Shown in pieces: positions 40,296 through 50,179 of a stretch of DNA of 64,000 bases (position 1 is the stretch's first letter; the number at the start of each line of letters is the position of its first letter). Origin of the DNA: Polyangiaceae bacterium (GTDB lineage: Bacteria; Myxococcota_A; Polyangia; Polyangiales; Polyangiaceae). Both the position numbers and the translations under genes were made by a program. The notes below the pieces were generated by a model, which saw only the letters and a list, made by a program, of their open reading frames with translations, did not search any database and had not been told where the DNA came from. The stretch covers positions 2,432,001-2,496,000 of the forward strand of contig CBDCTZ010000016.1 of the NCBI GenBank assembly GCA_965222375.1. The letters run 5' to 3'.

Positions 40296-40519
40296 CTGCT
40301 CCAGCCTAACCCCACGTAAGCAGCCCAGCCAAGGGCGGCTCCAAGTATTCGCCCCGCCGACCCCTGCATTTCCCTTTCATTGGTTGGGGTCGTATCAATT
40401 GGGGCGCCCCGGGCCACTACTCCCGCCTCGGGCCAAGCGTGCCCGCCACCGCCAAGCTCCAGGATGCCCCACAAAGCAGCCATTCACACCCCCGCGTGCT
40501 GTCGACTATCCTCGGCAGC

Positions 40520-41257
40520 ATGAACTTTCCGCCCGCGCTACCTCATGGCTCTCTCAGGGAGCTATTCAAAGACGTGTTCTTCGTTACGGGCACCGTGAAG
40601 ATGAACATGCCCCTCGGCCCGGCCTTCAGTCGCAACATGACCGTGGTCCGACAGGGCGGCAGTCTGACCCTCATCGGCTCCATGCGCCTGAACGGCGGAG
40701 GGCTCGCCGAGCTGGACAAGCTCGGCAAAGTCGAGCACGTGATCCGGATCGCGGGATTTCACGGTATGGACGACCCCTTCTACCAAGATCGCTACGGCGC
40801 GAAGATCTGGGCGCTCGAAGGCAGCAGCTACGCCAAGAACTTCGATGCCACCAAGCCAAACGCCGAGGCGTACTTCCAGCCGGACGTGTGGATGACCAAG
40901 GACACCGAGTTGCCGATCTCCGACGCCAAGCTTTTCGTCTTCGAATCCTCCAAGCCGCGCGAGGGGTTGGTTGTTCTAGAACGCGAAGGCGGCATCGTCG
41001 TATCCGGCGATGCCCTGCAGAATTGGGACAGCCCCGACGAGTACTTCAACCTGCCCGCCAAGATCATGATGAGGCTGATGGGCTTCTTCAAGCCCTGCAA
41101 CATCGGTCCCGGCTGGCTCAAAGCAGCCAAGCCCGATCTGGGCGAGCTGCGCAGTGTCCTCGACCTGAACTTCGCCAACGTACTGCCCGTGCATGGCAAA
41201 GAAGTTCTGGGCGATGCTCTCAATCGCTACCGCCCAGCCATCAACCGCGTATCGTAA
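40520..41257 (+). CDS. Metallo-beta-lactamase-like (DUF4336-like) protein
   Basis: RNMTVVR, FHGMDD, SGDALQN, LPVHG motifs. Confidence 0.65.
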   Translation: MNFPPALPHGSLRELFKDVFFVTGTVKMNMPLGPAFSRNMTVVRQGGSLTLIGSMRLNGGGLAELDKLGKVEHVIRIAGFHGMDDPFYQDRYGAKIWALEGSSYAKNFDATKPNAEAYFQPDVWMTKDTELPISDAKLFVFESSKPREGLVVLEREGGIVVSGDALQNWDSPDEYFNLPAKIMMRLMGFFKPCNIGPGWLKAAKPDLGELRSVLDLNFANVLPVHGKEVLGDALNRYRPAINRVS

Positions 41258-41384
41258 CCGTCGGCCCGAAAACTTCACCATCCAAGCGCGCCGAGCTGGA
41301 AGTCGAGCAGCTCGATGCGTGGTGGCGTGGGAACCGACCCGCGGCACCGGAGGTGCCCCTCGTGCGAAACGACCGTCGCGCTCT

Positions 41385-43617
41385 TCACTCAGTGGGGTCG
41401 ATGGGGCTCGTGCCCTTCGCCTCCTCGTCCGCGTCCAGCACGCCATCGCCATCAAAGTCTGCGCGCGAGGGCGCAGTGATCTCGATCGTCGCGTTTCCTT
41501 TGGCGGCGGATTGGAGAAAACCCACCAGTTGACCAACGTGCTCGCGGATCGGCATTTCGATTTGGAAAGGCTTGGGCAGGATCGGAAAGCGCTCCTCCCC
41601 GTCAAAAGGGATCCCTGGCATGAACTCGCGCAGATCCCAGCGCCCGTAACCAAGACCGTGATTTGCAGGCGAATATTCGACCACGGCGGCTGCTTTTCCG
41701 CCGACGTTCCCCGAGATGGGGGTACTTGCAGTCGCGACTCCTGGTAGCGGCATGTGAGCCGGACCGGCGCGTTCGACTCCCAAGGGCGCGCACCAGAGCG
41801 AACGTCGCGATGTTCGGCAGCACCTCGTCCTGAGCGGCGTAGGTCAGCAGCAGATCGGGAGGTGACCGGCCCGCCAGTGGCTCTTGCATCACATGAGGCG
41901 CGTAGGCAATGGGGTCACCGGCCTCGGTGACGGTGGCCAGCAAGGTGGCCACCGGGTGAAACTCGTCGTGCACCTCCTGGCCTTTGATGTCGAAAGTGCC
42001 CGTTGCGAGCGTACTCACCAGGGGCGCAATCTTGGCGGAGCTCGTCGTGATCAACTGCACGAAGCTCGCGCCCGGCACCTGCAGCGCGAAGCCGCGGATA
42101 TCGGGTTCAACCGCCGCGGTGATGGCCCCCATGATTCCGCCGAGAGAGCCGCCGTTCCAAAACACCCGGCTCTGGTCCAACTTGGGACCCGTGCCCGGAC
42201 TGGACCCAAGCAAAGGTGACAGATCCAAGTCAGGGCTTTGGATCAGTCGTACCAGGCTCGTGTGATCGAGCACGGTCTGACGGAAGTTGTCGCGAACCGC
42301 CACGAAGTCCGCAAAGCTGGCGAAGAAGGCAATCGGCAGCGACATGCTATCGGGAATGCCATCGGGCCCGTCGTAGCTACCCGCAAAGTTGTTCTCGACG
42401 TCCTCTACGCCCTGCCGCGAGCCGTGCAGCACGTCGTCGATGCCAATCACGACGAATCCAGCTCGCGCTAGCTCGTTGGCTATCGAGAGCATGCTTCCGC
42501 GATTGTTCGACAGCCCGTGCGCATTGATGACCACCGGGTAGCCCGCGGCGGGCGGCGCTTGTTTGGGGATGACGATGGTCACCGGAATCGTCGCGTCAGC
42601 GTCCGCCACAACGTATGCGCCCTCGCCGTCTCGTTCGAAGTGCTTGGTCTTTGGATCGAGAAAGCTGGGTGCCACGAATGCGGCCGATGCGACCACTCCG
42701 ATGGCGTCGTGGGCAATGCCCCCAGCGTTGTCACCGCCTGGCCACTCCACGCCGCTGTCGTCCTTTTCCGGAGTGCCCAGCCACTCGCCGAGGCTGGGGC
42801 TCTTGTCCGCGTGAAACAGCGCAACCGTGTACGGGCTAGCCTGGGTTTCGTCCAGGATCAGGCGCGGATCAGGAAGCTCTCTCAGCTGATCTCGCAGCAA
42901 CGGCAGCTCGGATACCTGACTGGACGTGGTGAACACTGCCAGGCTAGCTACCTCGCTGGCACTCGCGACCAATACAGCTTCGACGAGACGGTCGATGGCG
43001 TCACCGTAGAGTTTGTCCGCACGACCGTCGCGCGAACCGCCGCGAGTCGCCGCGATTTCACGCAGGGATTCTGCCGGCGCCAAAGGTAGGCCAGCGGTCG
43101 TGCGTGCTCGAGAAGTCAGCACGGCAGCATGCTGCACTCCGGGTGGCAGCACCACGCCAGGGTACGGGATCAAAGCAACGCACTGCAGGCTGGGAAGCGG
43201 TTTGGCCAACGCTGGATAGCGCGTACCAAGAAGTGGAGAATTCGGATCCACATCGGCGATGAATACGGACGCCTGCGATCCCACAGCATCGTCCCAGGTC
43301 CGAGGAAGCGAAGCGGAGGCGATCTCCGCCTCGAGAAAGAAAAGTGCGCCGGTCGAGCGCCCGAATCCGTCCAGCTCTGACAACCCAGCCTGGATACTCT
43401 CGGAATTGCCCGCGACTCGCGAAAGGCCTGGCACCTCTCCCACTCTTCTTCCGCTCTCGTCCAAGTACAGGTCACTGGGCCATGGCACATCTCCAAACGG
43501 AGTCGCCCCTTCGGCTGCGGGTGCAAAGGGAACCACCTCGCCATCGCCCAGCGCTTCATCCTGACCGCAGCCAGCGCGCAGCAGCGCGGCAAAAAGAGCC
43601 GTGAGCCAGAACCGCAT
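41385..43617 (-). pseudogene. Lipase/esterase-like alpha/beta-hydrolase lipoprotein with one frameshift near 41784
   Basis: PWPSDLY, DGFG, VINAHGL, RDNFRQ, GGSLGG nucleophile elbow, GDPIAYA. The His-containing C-terminus (ANHGL) is in another frame (41385-41783); an extra C in GCC-C-TTG explains the shift. Confidence 0.7.
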
Positions 43618-43701
43618 GCCCCACGAGGGTGCCAGCACTCGGTGACGGCGTCGAGGCACCTGCCTTTCGGAAACCACGGTGTGAGTTGAGCTTCAGGCCC
43701 G

Positions 43702-44859
43702 CTAGGAACAACTGAGCTCAGGAAGCGCGCAAGTCCCGTCTTTGCAGGTCGCTGGCGGGACGCAGCGGTACCAGGACAGGTTGGGACAGGCCATGCCTAC
43801 CGATGGGCGATCAGCACAGCGACCGTATATTGGGAGCCCGTTCACCGTCTCCCAACTCTCCTTGCATCCCAAGCCCGCATCACATTCGTCCTTGGAATCA
43901 CAGGGCTCGCCCAGCTTCTTGAACGTCTTCTGCACGCAGTTCGCACCATCGCAGCGTTGGCCCAGCAAAAAGTTACATCGCTTCTGCCCGTCGTCGACGC
44001 AGGCGCCGCCGAGGGGGAGGGGCGTGAAGCGTTGGCAGCGGGCGTCGAGACAATGGAAGGGCGCGGTGCACTGGCTGTGAGACTCGCAAGCGGCGTCTTC
44101 TCCGCCAGGCAAGGCGCAGTGTCGGTCAGACGCGCAGAACGAGCCTGGTGTGCACTCGCCCTGTTCGCAGGGCTGGCCGGGCTGTCGGGGCGCAACGCAC
44201 ACCGAGTCCTTGCAGAAGTTCGGCAGCGCACAGTGAGCGCCACACGGCTCGCCCAGGCCGGGCAGCGGCACGCAGATCCCGCACTGTCCCCCTTTGCCCT
44301 CACAGCGCCCAGCCTGGCACTGCCAGTTTCTACGGCACGGCGCATGAGGAGGGAGGTCACCGTGCGGCAGGCACTCGGGCCGCGGCGCTGCCACCTGACG
44401 GAGCAAGTGTGTCGCGTATTCTGCGCAGCTGATCTGATCGAGATCTTGCGCCCGCTTCATGTACTGCGCACGAAACCCAGGGCTGGCCCCCGGAGCGTTC
44501 AGCACCAAACGACACCCGTCGGCTTCAGCTTGCTCGCACTGCCCGGCGGTCTTGTAGTTCCGCATCGGTCCCCAGGTGCATCGCTGTTCGGCGTCGCACA
44601 GCGCCTTCGCAAACCCAACACAGATGGTCTCGACACTCTCCGGCGGGTTGCACGTTCCGCTCCCGGTGCCGGCTCCGCCCTCAGCGGCCGTTCCTCCCGC
44701 TCCTGATCCCCCACCGCTCGAGGCGCTGCCGCCTGCGTCTTGCCCCCCATCCAAGGCGACGCCACCGGCGCCAGCTCCCGTACTGCAGCCCGCGACAATG
44801 AGCACCGTCGCGAGCGCCCCGCCAATGACGGCCGAAAGTCCCCGTCTCCTCTCATGCAT
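43702..44859 (-). CDS. Cys-rich repeat lipoprotein
   Basis: Lipobox VAGC, Gly linker, repeated GxxC...C...C...C units. Confidence 0.75.
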   Translation of the reverse strand: MHERRRGLSAVIGGALATVLIVAGCSTGAGAGGVALDGGQDAGGSASSGGGSGAGGTAAEGGAGTGSGTCNPPESVETICVGFAKALCDAEQRCTWGPMRNYKTAGQCEQAEADGCRLVLNAPGASPGFRAQYMKRAQDLDQISCAEYATHLLRQVAAPRPECLPHGDLPPHAPCRRNWQCQAGRCEGKGGQCGICVPLPGLGEPCGAHCALPNFCKDSVCVAPRQPGQPCEQGECTPGSFCASDRHCALPGGEDAACESHSQCTAPFHCLDARCQRFTPLPLGGACVDDGQKRCNFLLGQRCDGANCVQKTFKKLGEPCDSKDECDAGLGCKESWETVNGLPIYGRCADRPSVGMACPNLSWYRCVPPATCKDGTCALPELSCS

Positions 44860-44996
44860 AGCCCCCGCAACATGAGCCCACGAGCGACCGGGATCCCGCA
44901 ATCGTCGCTGATCTCCACTGAGCTGGTAGCCGCGCCCGGCTCAGTTTCTTGTTGGCCTGTGCTGAAACGCTCCCTCACCGAGAGCTGGGGCTGTCA

Positions 44997-45587
44997 TCAA
45001 GGGCCAGGTTGGGCAACATCGAGGGGCACCTCGACCTGTGTGCCGGCCGCGGCTAGCTCGAAATCGACGACCACCTCGCGCAGCGGTTTGCGCGACGTAG
45101 CGTCGGACTCTGAGGCGTAGACCGGAACCGTGATCCGGTACTTCGCAGCAGGAGCGACTCGACTCGTGTGGCAGCTGCAGCCCGCTCGATTAGTGCCCAG
45201 CGTATAGATCTTGCCCTGCCATTCGCCCTTCCGCGGGGCGGTGGGAGTCACTTCCACGCCACTATTGGCGCAAGCGCCGCACTGAACGCAGCCATCCTGA
45301 TCGGAACACTCGACGGTGCAGGGTGCGGATAGCTTCAAGGGCTCCTGATAGTCATCCGCGCACGCGCTGACCGAGAAGCTCAGCGAGCACCCCTGATGCA
45401 TGAACAGCGTCTGGCCACTGGCATTGGTGAAGTTGAAGCTCACGCTGTACGGTGCACTGCCCGAAGCACTGACGCGGCACGCCGGCGGCACGCTGTCATT
45501 CGGATCGGACGAATCCGAGGATCCACTACACGCCAGCACTAGCAGCGTAGCGATCAGCAGAGCGGCACCAAAGCGCAAGCCGTTCAT
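44997..45587 (-). CDS. Hypothetical Cys-rich lipoprotein
   Basis: GGAGG RBS, lipobox VLAC, Cys cluster. Confidence 0.75.
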   Translation of the reverse strand: MNGLRFGAALLIATLLVLACSGSSDSSDPNDSVPPACRVSASGSAPYSVSFNFTNASGQTLFMHQGCSLSFSVSACADDYQEPLKLSAPCTVECSDQDGCVQCGACANSGVEVTPTAPRKGEWQGKIYTLGTNRAGCSCHTSRVAPAAKYRITVPVYASESDATSRKPLREVVVDFELAAAGTQVEVPLDVAQPGP

Positions 45588-45770
45588 TCCGTACCTCCAA
45601 CTGGATCGTCGCACATTTGCGCGCCACGACAACCCCATCCCAAGTAGGCACACTCGAGCGCGTGTCGTTCACCAGATGGCGCTTGCGTGCATAGCGCCCT
45701 GCGCCTTTCCGGGGGCGCTCGCTTTGCGAGGAACTAGCACCGTGCTACCCGACAACTCGGAGGAAGAACG

Positions 45771-46076
45771 ATGATCAGAGTCATGGTTACCTACACCGTA
45801 AAACCCGAGCGCGTCGACGAAAACGAGGGGCTCGTCCGCGCCGTCTACGACGGCCTCCGCAAGATCGGCGACCCCGGGATCCACTACGCCACCTTCAAGC
45901 TCGACGACGGAAAGACCTTCGTGCACGTCGCACTCCTCGACTCCGAAGAGAAGCAAGCAGTTCTCGCGGGCTCGCCCGCCTTCAAAGCTTTCCAAGCCGA
46001 ACTCAAAGACCGTTGCGAAGTTCCCCCCAAACCGCAACAGCTCACGGAGATCGATTCGTACCAGCTTCCGGGGTGA
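45771..46076 (+). CDS. Small ABM-like (dimeric alpha/beta barrel) protein
   Basis: GGAGG RBS; VMVTYTVKPE...FVHVA...PAFKAFQ pattern. Confidence 0.7.
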   Translation: MIRVMVTYTVKPERVDENEGLVRAVYDGLRKIGDPGIHYATFKLDDGKTFVHVALLDSEEKQAVLAGSPAFKAFQAELKDRCEVPPKPQQLTEIDSYQLPG

Positions 46077-46100
46077 CACCACCTAGCGGCTTGGCTTGCA

Positions 46101-46145
46101 GCGCGCCACTGTGGATTCGAACCACAGACCTTCGGCTCCGGAGGC
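46101..46145. repeat. Left att site: displaced 3' half of tRNA-Arg(CCG)
   Basis: 45/45 identical to 59688-59732 (GCGCGCCACTGTGGATTCGAACCACAGACCTTCGGCTCCGGAGGC). Confidence 0.97.
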
Positions 46146-46354
46146 TAAGCAGGCAGATTCCAGCACGCAAGAACCAGCGCAAAAGTACGCCATCGTGCCG
46201 GGCGTGAAACGGCCAGAGCGCCCCTGGAACGGGATGGATGCCAAAACTCACGGACAGAACTCCCCTGCGCTCTGGCTCGACTCGTGGATCGCTGATGTAC
46301 TTCTGCGGATGGCGTTGAAGGAGATGGCGTTGCGGATTGGGGCGCGGGTGCAAG

Positions 46355-46960
46355 ATGGCTAGCAGGCGCACCAAGAGCGTCACCGCCAAGCGCGCTACAA
46401 AGGGCACGAGATCCGAAGCACGTGTGATCGGGCTGGTGAAAGCGCGGACGGTGTTCCAGCAGGAGATCGACGCGAGCGCACTGGGCGACCGTGATCGGAG
46501 ACGAGCCTCGGCGCTCCTGGACCTCGTGCTGGACGTTATTGTGGCGAGCGCTCCGCGGCCCGGGGACTTGGGCAGGTTGGCGCGTGCGTTTCGAGCTGCG
46601 GAAACCAGTGACGAGGCCGCCCGGGTCATCATGGTTCAGCTCTGCGTCGCCGCGCTCGCGGCCTGGCGGGGTACTGACGATCCGGAGCAACGAGCCAACG
46701 TCGCGGGCAACCTGCGGTCCTCGCTGGCGCGCGACGTTGACATGGCATTCCTGGCCCTCAGCGATGCGACCCTCGCCCACGTCCTGGGCAATCGACGCCT
46801 GAAAGGCACGGGCGCTGCTGCGAAGCTCTGTGCAGACGCAGCCGTGACGGGGTACGCACGCGAGCGCTTCGAATCCGGCAAGCGCAAGTCGGCGCTCGTG
46901 TTTCAGGGCACGTCAGAGAAGCACTTCGGCAGCGCCGTTCGCAAGATGCGCAAGTCCTAG
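46355..46960 (+). CDS. Hypothetical protein (element)
   Basis: 201-aa helical, basic-ended ORF; first gene inside the left att site. Confidence 0.55.
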   Translation: MASRRTKSVTAKRATKGTRSEARVIGLVKARTVFQQEIDASALGDRDRRRASALLDLVLDVIVASAPRPGDLGRLARAFRAAETSDEAARVIMVQLCVAALAAWRGTDDPEQRANVAGNLRSSLARDVDMAFLALSDATLAHVLGNRRLKGTGAAAKLCADAAVTGYARERFESGKRKSALVFQGTSEKHFGSAVRKMRKS

Positions 46961-47042
46961 CTGATCGCTGGGACGTAGCTCCAAGCTCAAAGCTTGGGCG
47001 ACAAGAGTAGCCCGCGGGCGCAGCCTCTCTGAGAGGTGACCG

Positions 47043-47252
47043 ATGGCCCGACCGCTACCCCCGCCCCCAAAAACCAAGCTCCGCGTGCGCGCTCTCGTGG
47101 ACGAGCATGGCGTGCGCCGCACGGCGCGCGCACTGGACGTCAGCGACACGACCATCGCGCGACTCGCCGGAGGACTTCCGGTGCAGTCGACCACGGCTGA
47201 GGCAGTGGCGGCGCGGCTGGAGCTGCTCGGGGCGCCGGAGGCGCCAACATGA
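47043..47252 (+). CDS. Small HTH DNA-binding protein
   Basis: GVRRTARALDVSDTTIARLAGG helix-turn-helix; GAGG RBS. Confidence 0.7.
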   Translation: MARPLPPPPKTKLRVRALVDEHGVRRTARALDVSDTTIARLAGGLPVQSTTAEAVAARLELLGAPEAPT

Positions 47253-47524
47253 GTGGACCGCTCGTGGTCGTCCCGGCCGACCAGCTCCGCGAGCTGGTCA
47301 ATGATGCCGTACGTGAGGTGATCTGCGATCACGCGCCAGGGGCGGCACCAGAGGTGCTCGATCGCGCTGGCGCAGCAGCTTTTCTCGGCGTCGGGCTAAC
47401 AACTCTGCACCGGCTTGTGAAGGCCGGGAAAATCCGCGAGCGCAGGCTCGGCGAAATGCCGCGATACCTGCGGTCCGAGCTGATTGAGGACGTGTGCGGC
47501 GAGCGCGTCGACGCAGCAGAGTGA
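47249..47524 (+). CDS. Excisionase/AlpA-like (HTH_17) protein
   Basis: LDRAGAAAFLGVGLTTLHRLVKAGKI...RYLRSEL; ATGA overlap. Confidence 0.8.
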   Translation: MSGPLVVVPADQLRELVNDAVREVICDHAPGAAPEVLDRAGAAAFLGVGLTTLHRLVKAGKIRERRLGEMPRYLRSELIEDVCGERVDAAE

Positions 47525-47536
47525 GGCTGACTGACC

Positions 47537-48487
47537 ATGGCCTATCGGATGGTGAGTACGCGGATGTGGTCAGACCTACGCGTCGTCGGCGCCGCGCGCG
47601 AGGTCGTGGTGTACCTGATGACCGGACCATCACGCAGCGTGCTTCCCGGCCTCGTGCCTCTCGGTCCAGCAGGACTCGCTGAGGCGATGCGCCTACCGCC
47701 GGCCACCGTGCGCAGGGCTCTCGGAGAGCTGCAGTCCGGAGGGCTCGTCGAGCTAGACGCAGCGCTGCCGCTGATCCGTTTGGCGCCGGCGCCAGGATGG
47801 GATTCGCCGCCGACCGCGAAGGTGCTTGGCGCGTGGGCACGCGTGCTGCGCGACCTACCGACCAGCCCGCTCGTCGCTCGACACCTGATCACGCTAGCCG
47901 CCGAGGCGCGAAAACGTTGTAAGGCGGAGGACGTCGACGCTTTCGAGACTGAGGCAGCGAGCCTCGGGTACGGCGCCGAAGCCGCGAGTGATTCCGAGGG
48001 TTTGGGTGGGGTATCCGATACCCTATCAATAGCGTCCCCCATAGCCCCGCGTGCGCGCGCGCGCACCTCCGATCTCCGATCTCCTTCTCCTTCTCCTTCT
48101 CCTTCTCCTGCTGAGGCTACCCGCGGCGAGGAGCACGCGGTGTTCGATCATTGGCTGGCCGTGCTGGGCAATCCCATCCTCCGACCCAAGCGAAAGCTGC
48201 AGGCCACCAAGAGCAGGCTCGCGCCGATCCGGGCGCGACTCCGCGACGGCTACACGGTGGCGGAGCTGTGCACAGCGATCGACGCGGTCGCGCGAAGCGG
48301 ATTTCATCGAGGCGACAACGAGGATGGCGCGCCCTACATCGAACCAAAAACAATCTTTCGGAACGAAGAAAAGGTCGACGGGTGGCTCGCCGCGAAGCCG
48401 CCACAGAAAACGATCGACAAGGCAAACGGCACGGCGACGCGTGCCGTCGACTTCGTCGAGGCCCTGATCGCGGAGGGACAGGCATGA
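47537..48487 (+). CDS. Phage-type replication initiator
   Basis: N-terminal wHTH-like region, SPSPSP linker, C-terminal IRARLRDGYTVAELCTAID...YIEPKTIFR domain; followed by a helicase-loader gene. Confidence 0.7.
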   Translation: MAYRMVSTRMWSDLRVVGAAREVVVYLMTGPSRSVLPGLVPLGPAGLAEAMRLPPATVRRALGELQSGGLVELDAALPLIRLAPAPGWDSPPTAKVLGAWARVLRDLPTSPLVARHLITLAAEARKRCKAEDVDAFETEAASLGYGAEAASDSEGLGGVSDTLSIASPIAPRARARTSDLRSPSPSPSPSPAEATRGEEHAVFDHWLAVLGNPILRPKRKLQATKSRLAPIRARLRDGYTVAELCTAIDAVARSGFHRGDNEDGAPYIEPKTIFRNEEKVDGWLAAKPPQKTIDKANGTATRAVDFVEALIAEGQA

Positions 48488-49041
48488 CGGAGGCGCAGAC
48501 GGCTCAGATTGTCGCCGTGCTGTTTGTGGCGTTTCCGCGAACACAGGCAACTGATCGCACGGTCGATATGTACCGCAGCATGCTGGCGGATCTCGACTTC
48601 GACGCGGCGCAAACCGCGTGTGCGCGTCTGATCGCTAGCTCGACCTTTCTGCCGTCGGTCGCGGAGATTCGAGCGATGACGCTGGACGTCGCGATTGGTC
48701 CGCGCCGCACCGGCGCGGAAGCGTGGGGCGGCGTCGTGACGGCGTGCCGTCTCGTGGGCCACTACCGACCGGCGCCGGAATTCGATGACCCGATCGTAGG
48801 CGAGGTCGTCGGCGCCATGGGCTGGGAATATTTATGCAAGAGCGACGCGGAAGTCAGCGACCGCAGCAGATTCGTCGCGTTGTATGACGAGCTTTCGCTG
48901 CGCGCGCGCAGTGACGCGCAGGCAGGCCACGCGCTACCACCCGCAGCGAGCGCGCCAGCGCTGTCTCCGAGAAGAGAAGCGCCGGCGCTACCCGGACTCG
49001 GTGCTGAGCAAGAGAAGCGCGACACCAGGGGTGCGTCGTGA
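48484..49041 (+). CDS. Replicative helicase loader/inhibitor (G39P-like N-terminus)
   Basis: MT..Q...I..L..AFP.....Y..MLADLD.....A...LIA.S.FLPSVAEIR, then EAWG; ATGA overlap with the initiator gene. Confidence 0.72.
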   Translation: MTEAQTAQIVAVLFVAFPRTQATDRTVDMYRSMLADLDFDAAQTACARLIASSTFLPSVAEIRAMTLDVAIGPRRTGAEAWGGVVTACRLVGHYRPAPEFDDPIVGEVVGAMGWEYLCKSDAEVSDRSRFVALYDELSLRARSDAQAGHALPPAASAPALSPRREAPALPGLGAEQEKRDTRGAS

Positions 49042-49296
49042 TCATGCGAGACGCTCTGCTGTCGCTCGGAGCAAGTCGAGCAAGCGCTTGTTTCGCACTT
49101 GAGGCAGAGTGCGATGGTGCACGAGATACCCAAGGCCGCTGTACCACCCGGCTTGCTTTCCGCGCCGAGTTCCTCGCTCTGCGATGCGAGCTAGGTCGTC
49201 CCAGGTCGCTGCGCGTTCGACTTGACGCTCGAAGCGATCCCAGTCTTTCGCTTCTTGGATTGCTCGCTCAGCAAGGTTGCGCGGTTTGCGTGGCAC
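49042..49296 (-). CDS. Hypothetical small protein (element)
   Basis: 84-aa protein-like ORF abutting the loader stop, divergent from terS. Confidence 0.5.
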   Translation of the reverse strand: MPRKPRNLAERAIQEAKDWDRFERQVERAATWDDLARIAERGTRRGKQAGWYSGLGYLVHHRTLPQVRNKRLLDLLRATAERLA

Positions 49297-49597
49297 GGAG
49301 GAATCCTAGCAGCGACACGGTGCGCGCAAAGCTCTCGACTCGGCGCCCCGGAGCGTCGGAGCAACACGTATGCGCATTGACGCGGCGATCCATACGCATG
49401 CGCATGACGGGTCAGCTTCGCTCGTCCACTCGCTCACGTTCGGCGATGCAAGCTGGCTGCACTAGCCGACTCTCAGTGATCGAAAAGGCCCGAGGAATGT
49501 GCGGTTTTTCGCCTGATTCCCGCGCGTTCTGTCCGCGGGGTTCTGTCCGCGGGTCGTTCACGAACAGCCCTGCAAAATTGCAGCGTTGGGTGCGGTC

Positions 49598-50179
49598 ATG
49601 AGCATGCGCAAAGGCCATGGTGACTGCACCGGCACACCACGGATCGAGGTGCTGCCAGTAGACGAGCTGCCCGCCGGAGTGCCCGGTCCGTCCCGTCCTG
49701 CGCCTTCCCGTGACGACGCAGGCAGGTTCGTTCCGGGGCCCGGGACGCGTGCCATCGCCCGACAGGGCGGCGTAGCGGCGCGAGAGGCACGCGCGTTGGC
49801 GCGGTTGCTGGGGCTGAGGGAACCACCGGAGGGACACGCATACGCGCCCTACGCGAGGCTGGCTCGCGAGTGGCGAGACGATCACATCGCGCAGCTAGCG
49901 GCCACCGTGGGCGGCGGAGAGGTTGGGCCTGGGCCCGCCAGCGTGGTGAGCAGCGCGGCTCTGCAGCTCGCTGCATCCCGCTGGCTCTCTGACCTGGGTG
50001 CGGAGCAGGGCGACGCCAAGACGTTGCTAGAGGCGTCACGGCTTGCAGACGCCTCGCGCCAGAACCTGCTGGCCGCTCACGAGCTATGCGCGAAGGAGGC
50101 AGCGGCCCGCCCGAAGGGAGCCAACCCGCGCGTCCAGGCCATCCTCGACGGGCCGTCACCCGAGGGCGGTGCCTCATGA
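49598..50179 (+). CDS. Probable terminase small subunit
   Basis: RDDAGRFVPG motif, helical body, ATGA coupling directly upstream of the TerL-like gene. Confidence 0.55.
   Translation: MSMRKGHGDCTGTPRIEVLPVDELPAGVPGPSRPAPSRDDAGRFVPGPGTRAIARQGGVAAREARALARLLGLREPPEGHAYAPYARLAREWRDDHIAQLAATVGGGEVGPGPASVVSSAALQLAASRWLSDLGAEQGDAKTLLEASRLADASRQNLLAAHELCAKEAAARPKGANPRVQAILDGPSPEGGAS

Noticed and set aside
46101..46145. Second tRNA gene
   Set aside because: Only the anticodon loop to 3' end is present; it is the att duplicate.
49038..49601. 187-aa plus-strand ORF between the loader and terS
   Set aside because: Arg/Ser/Cys-rich, non-protein-like composition; the region is better explained by the minus-strand ORF and regulatory repeats.
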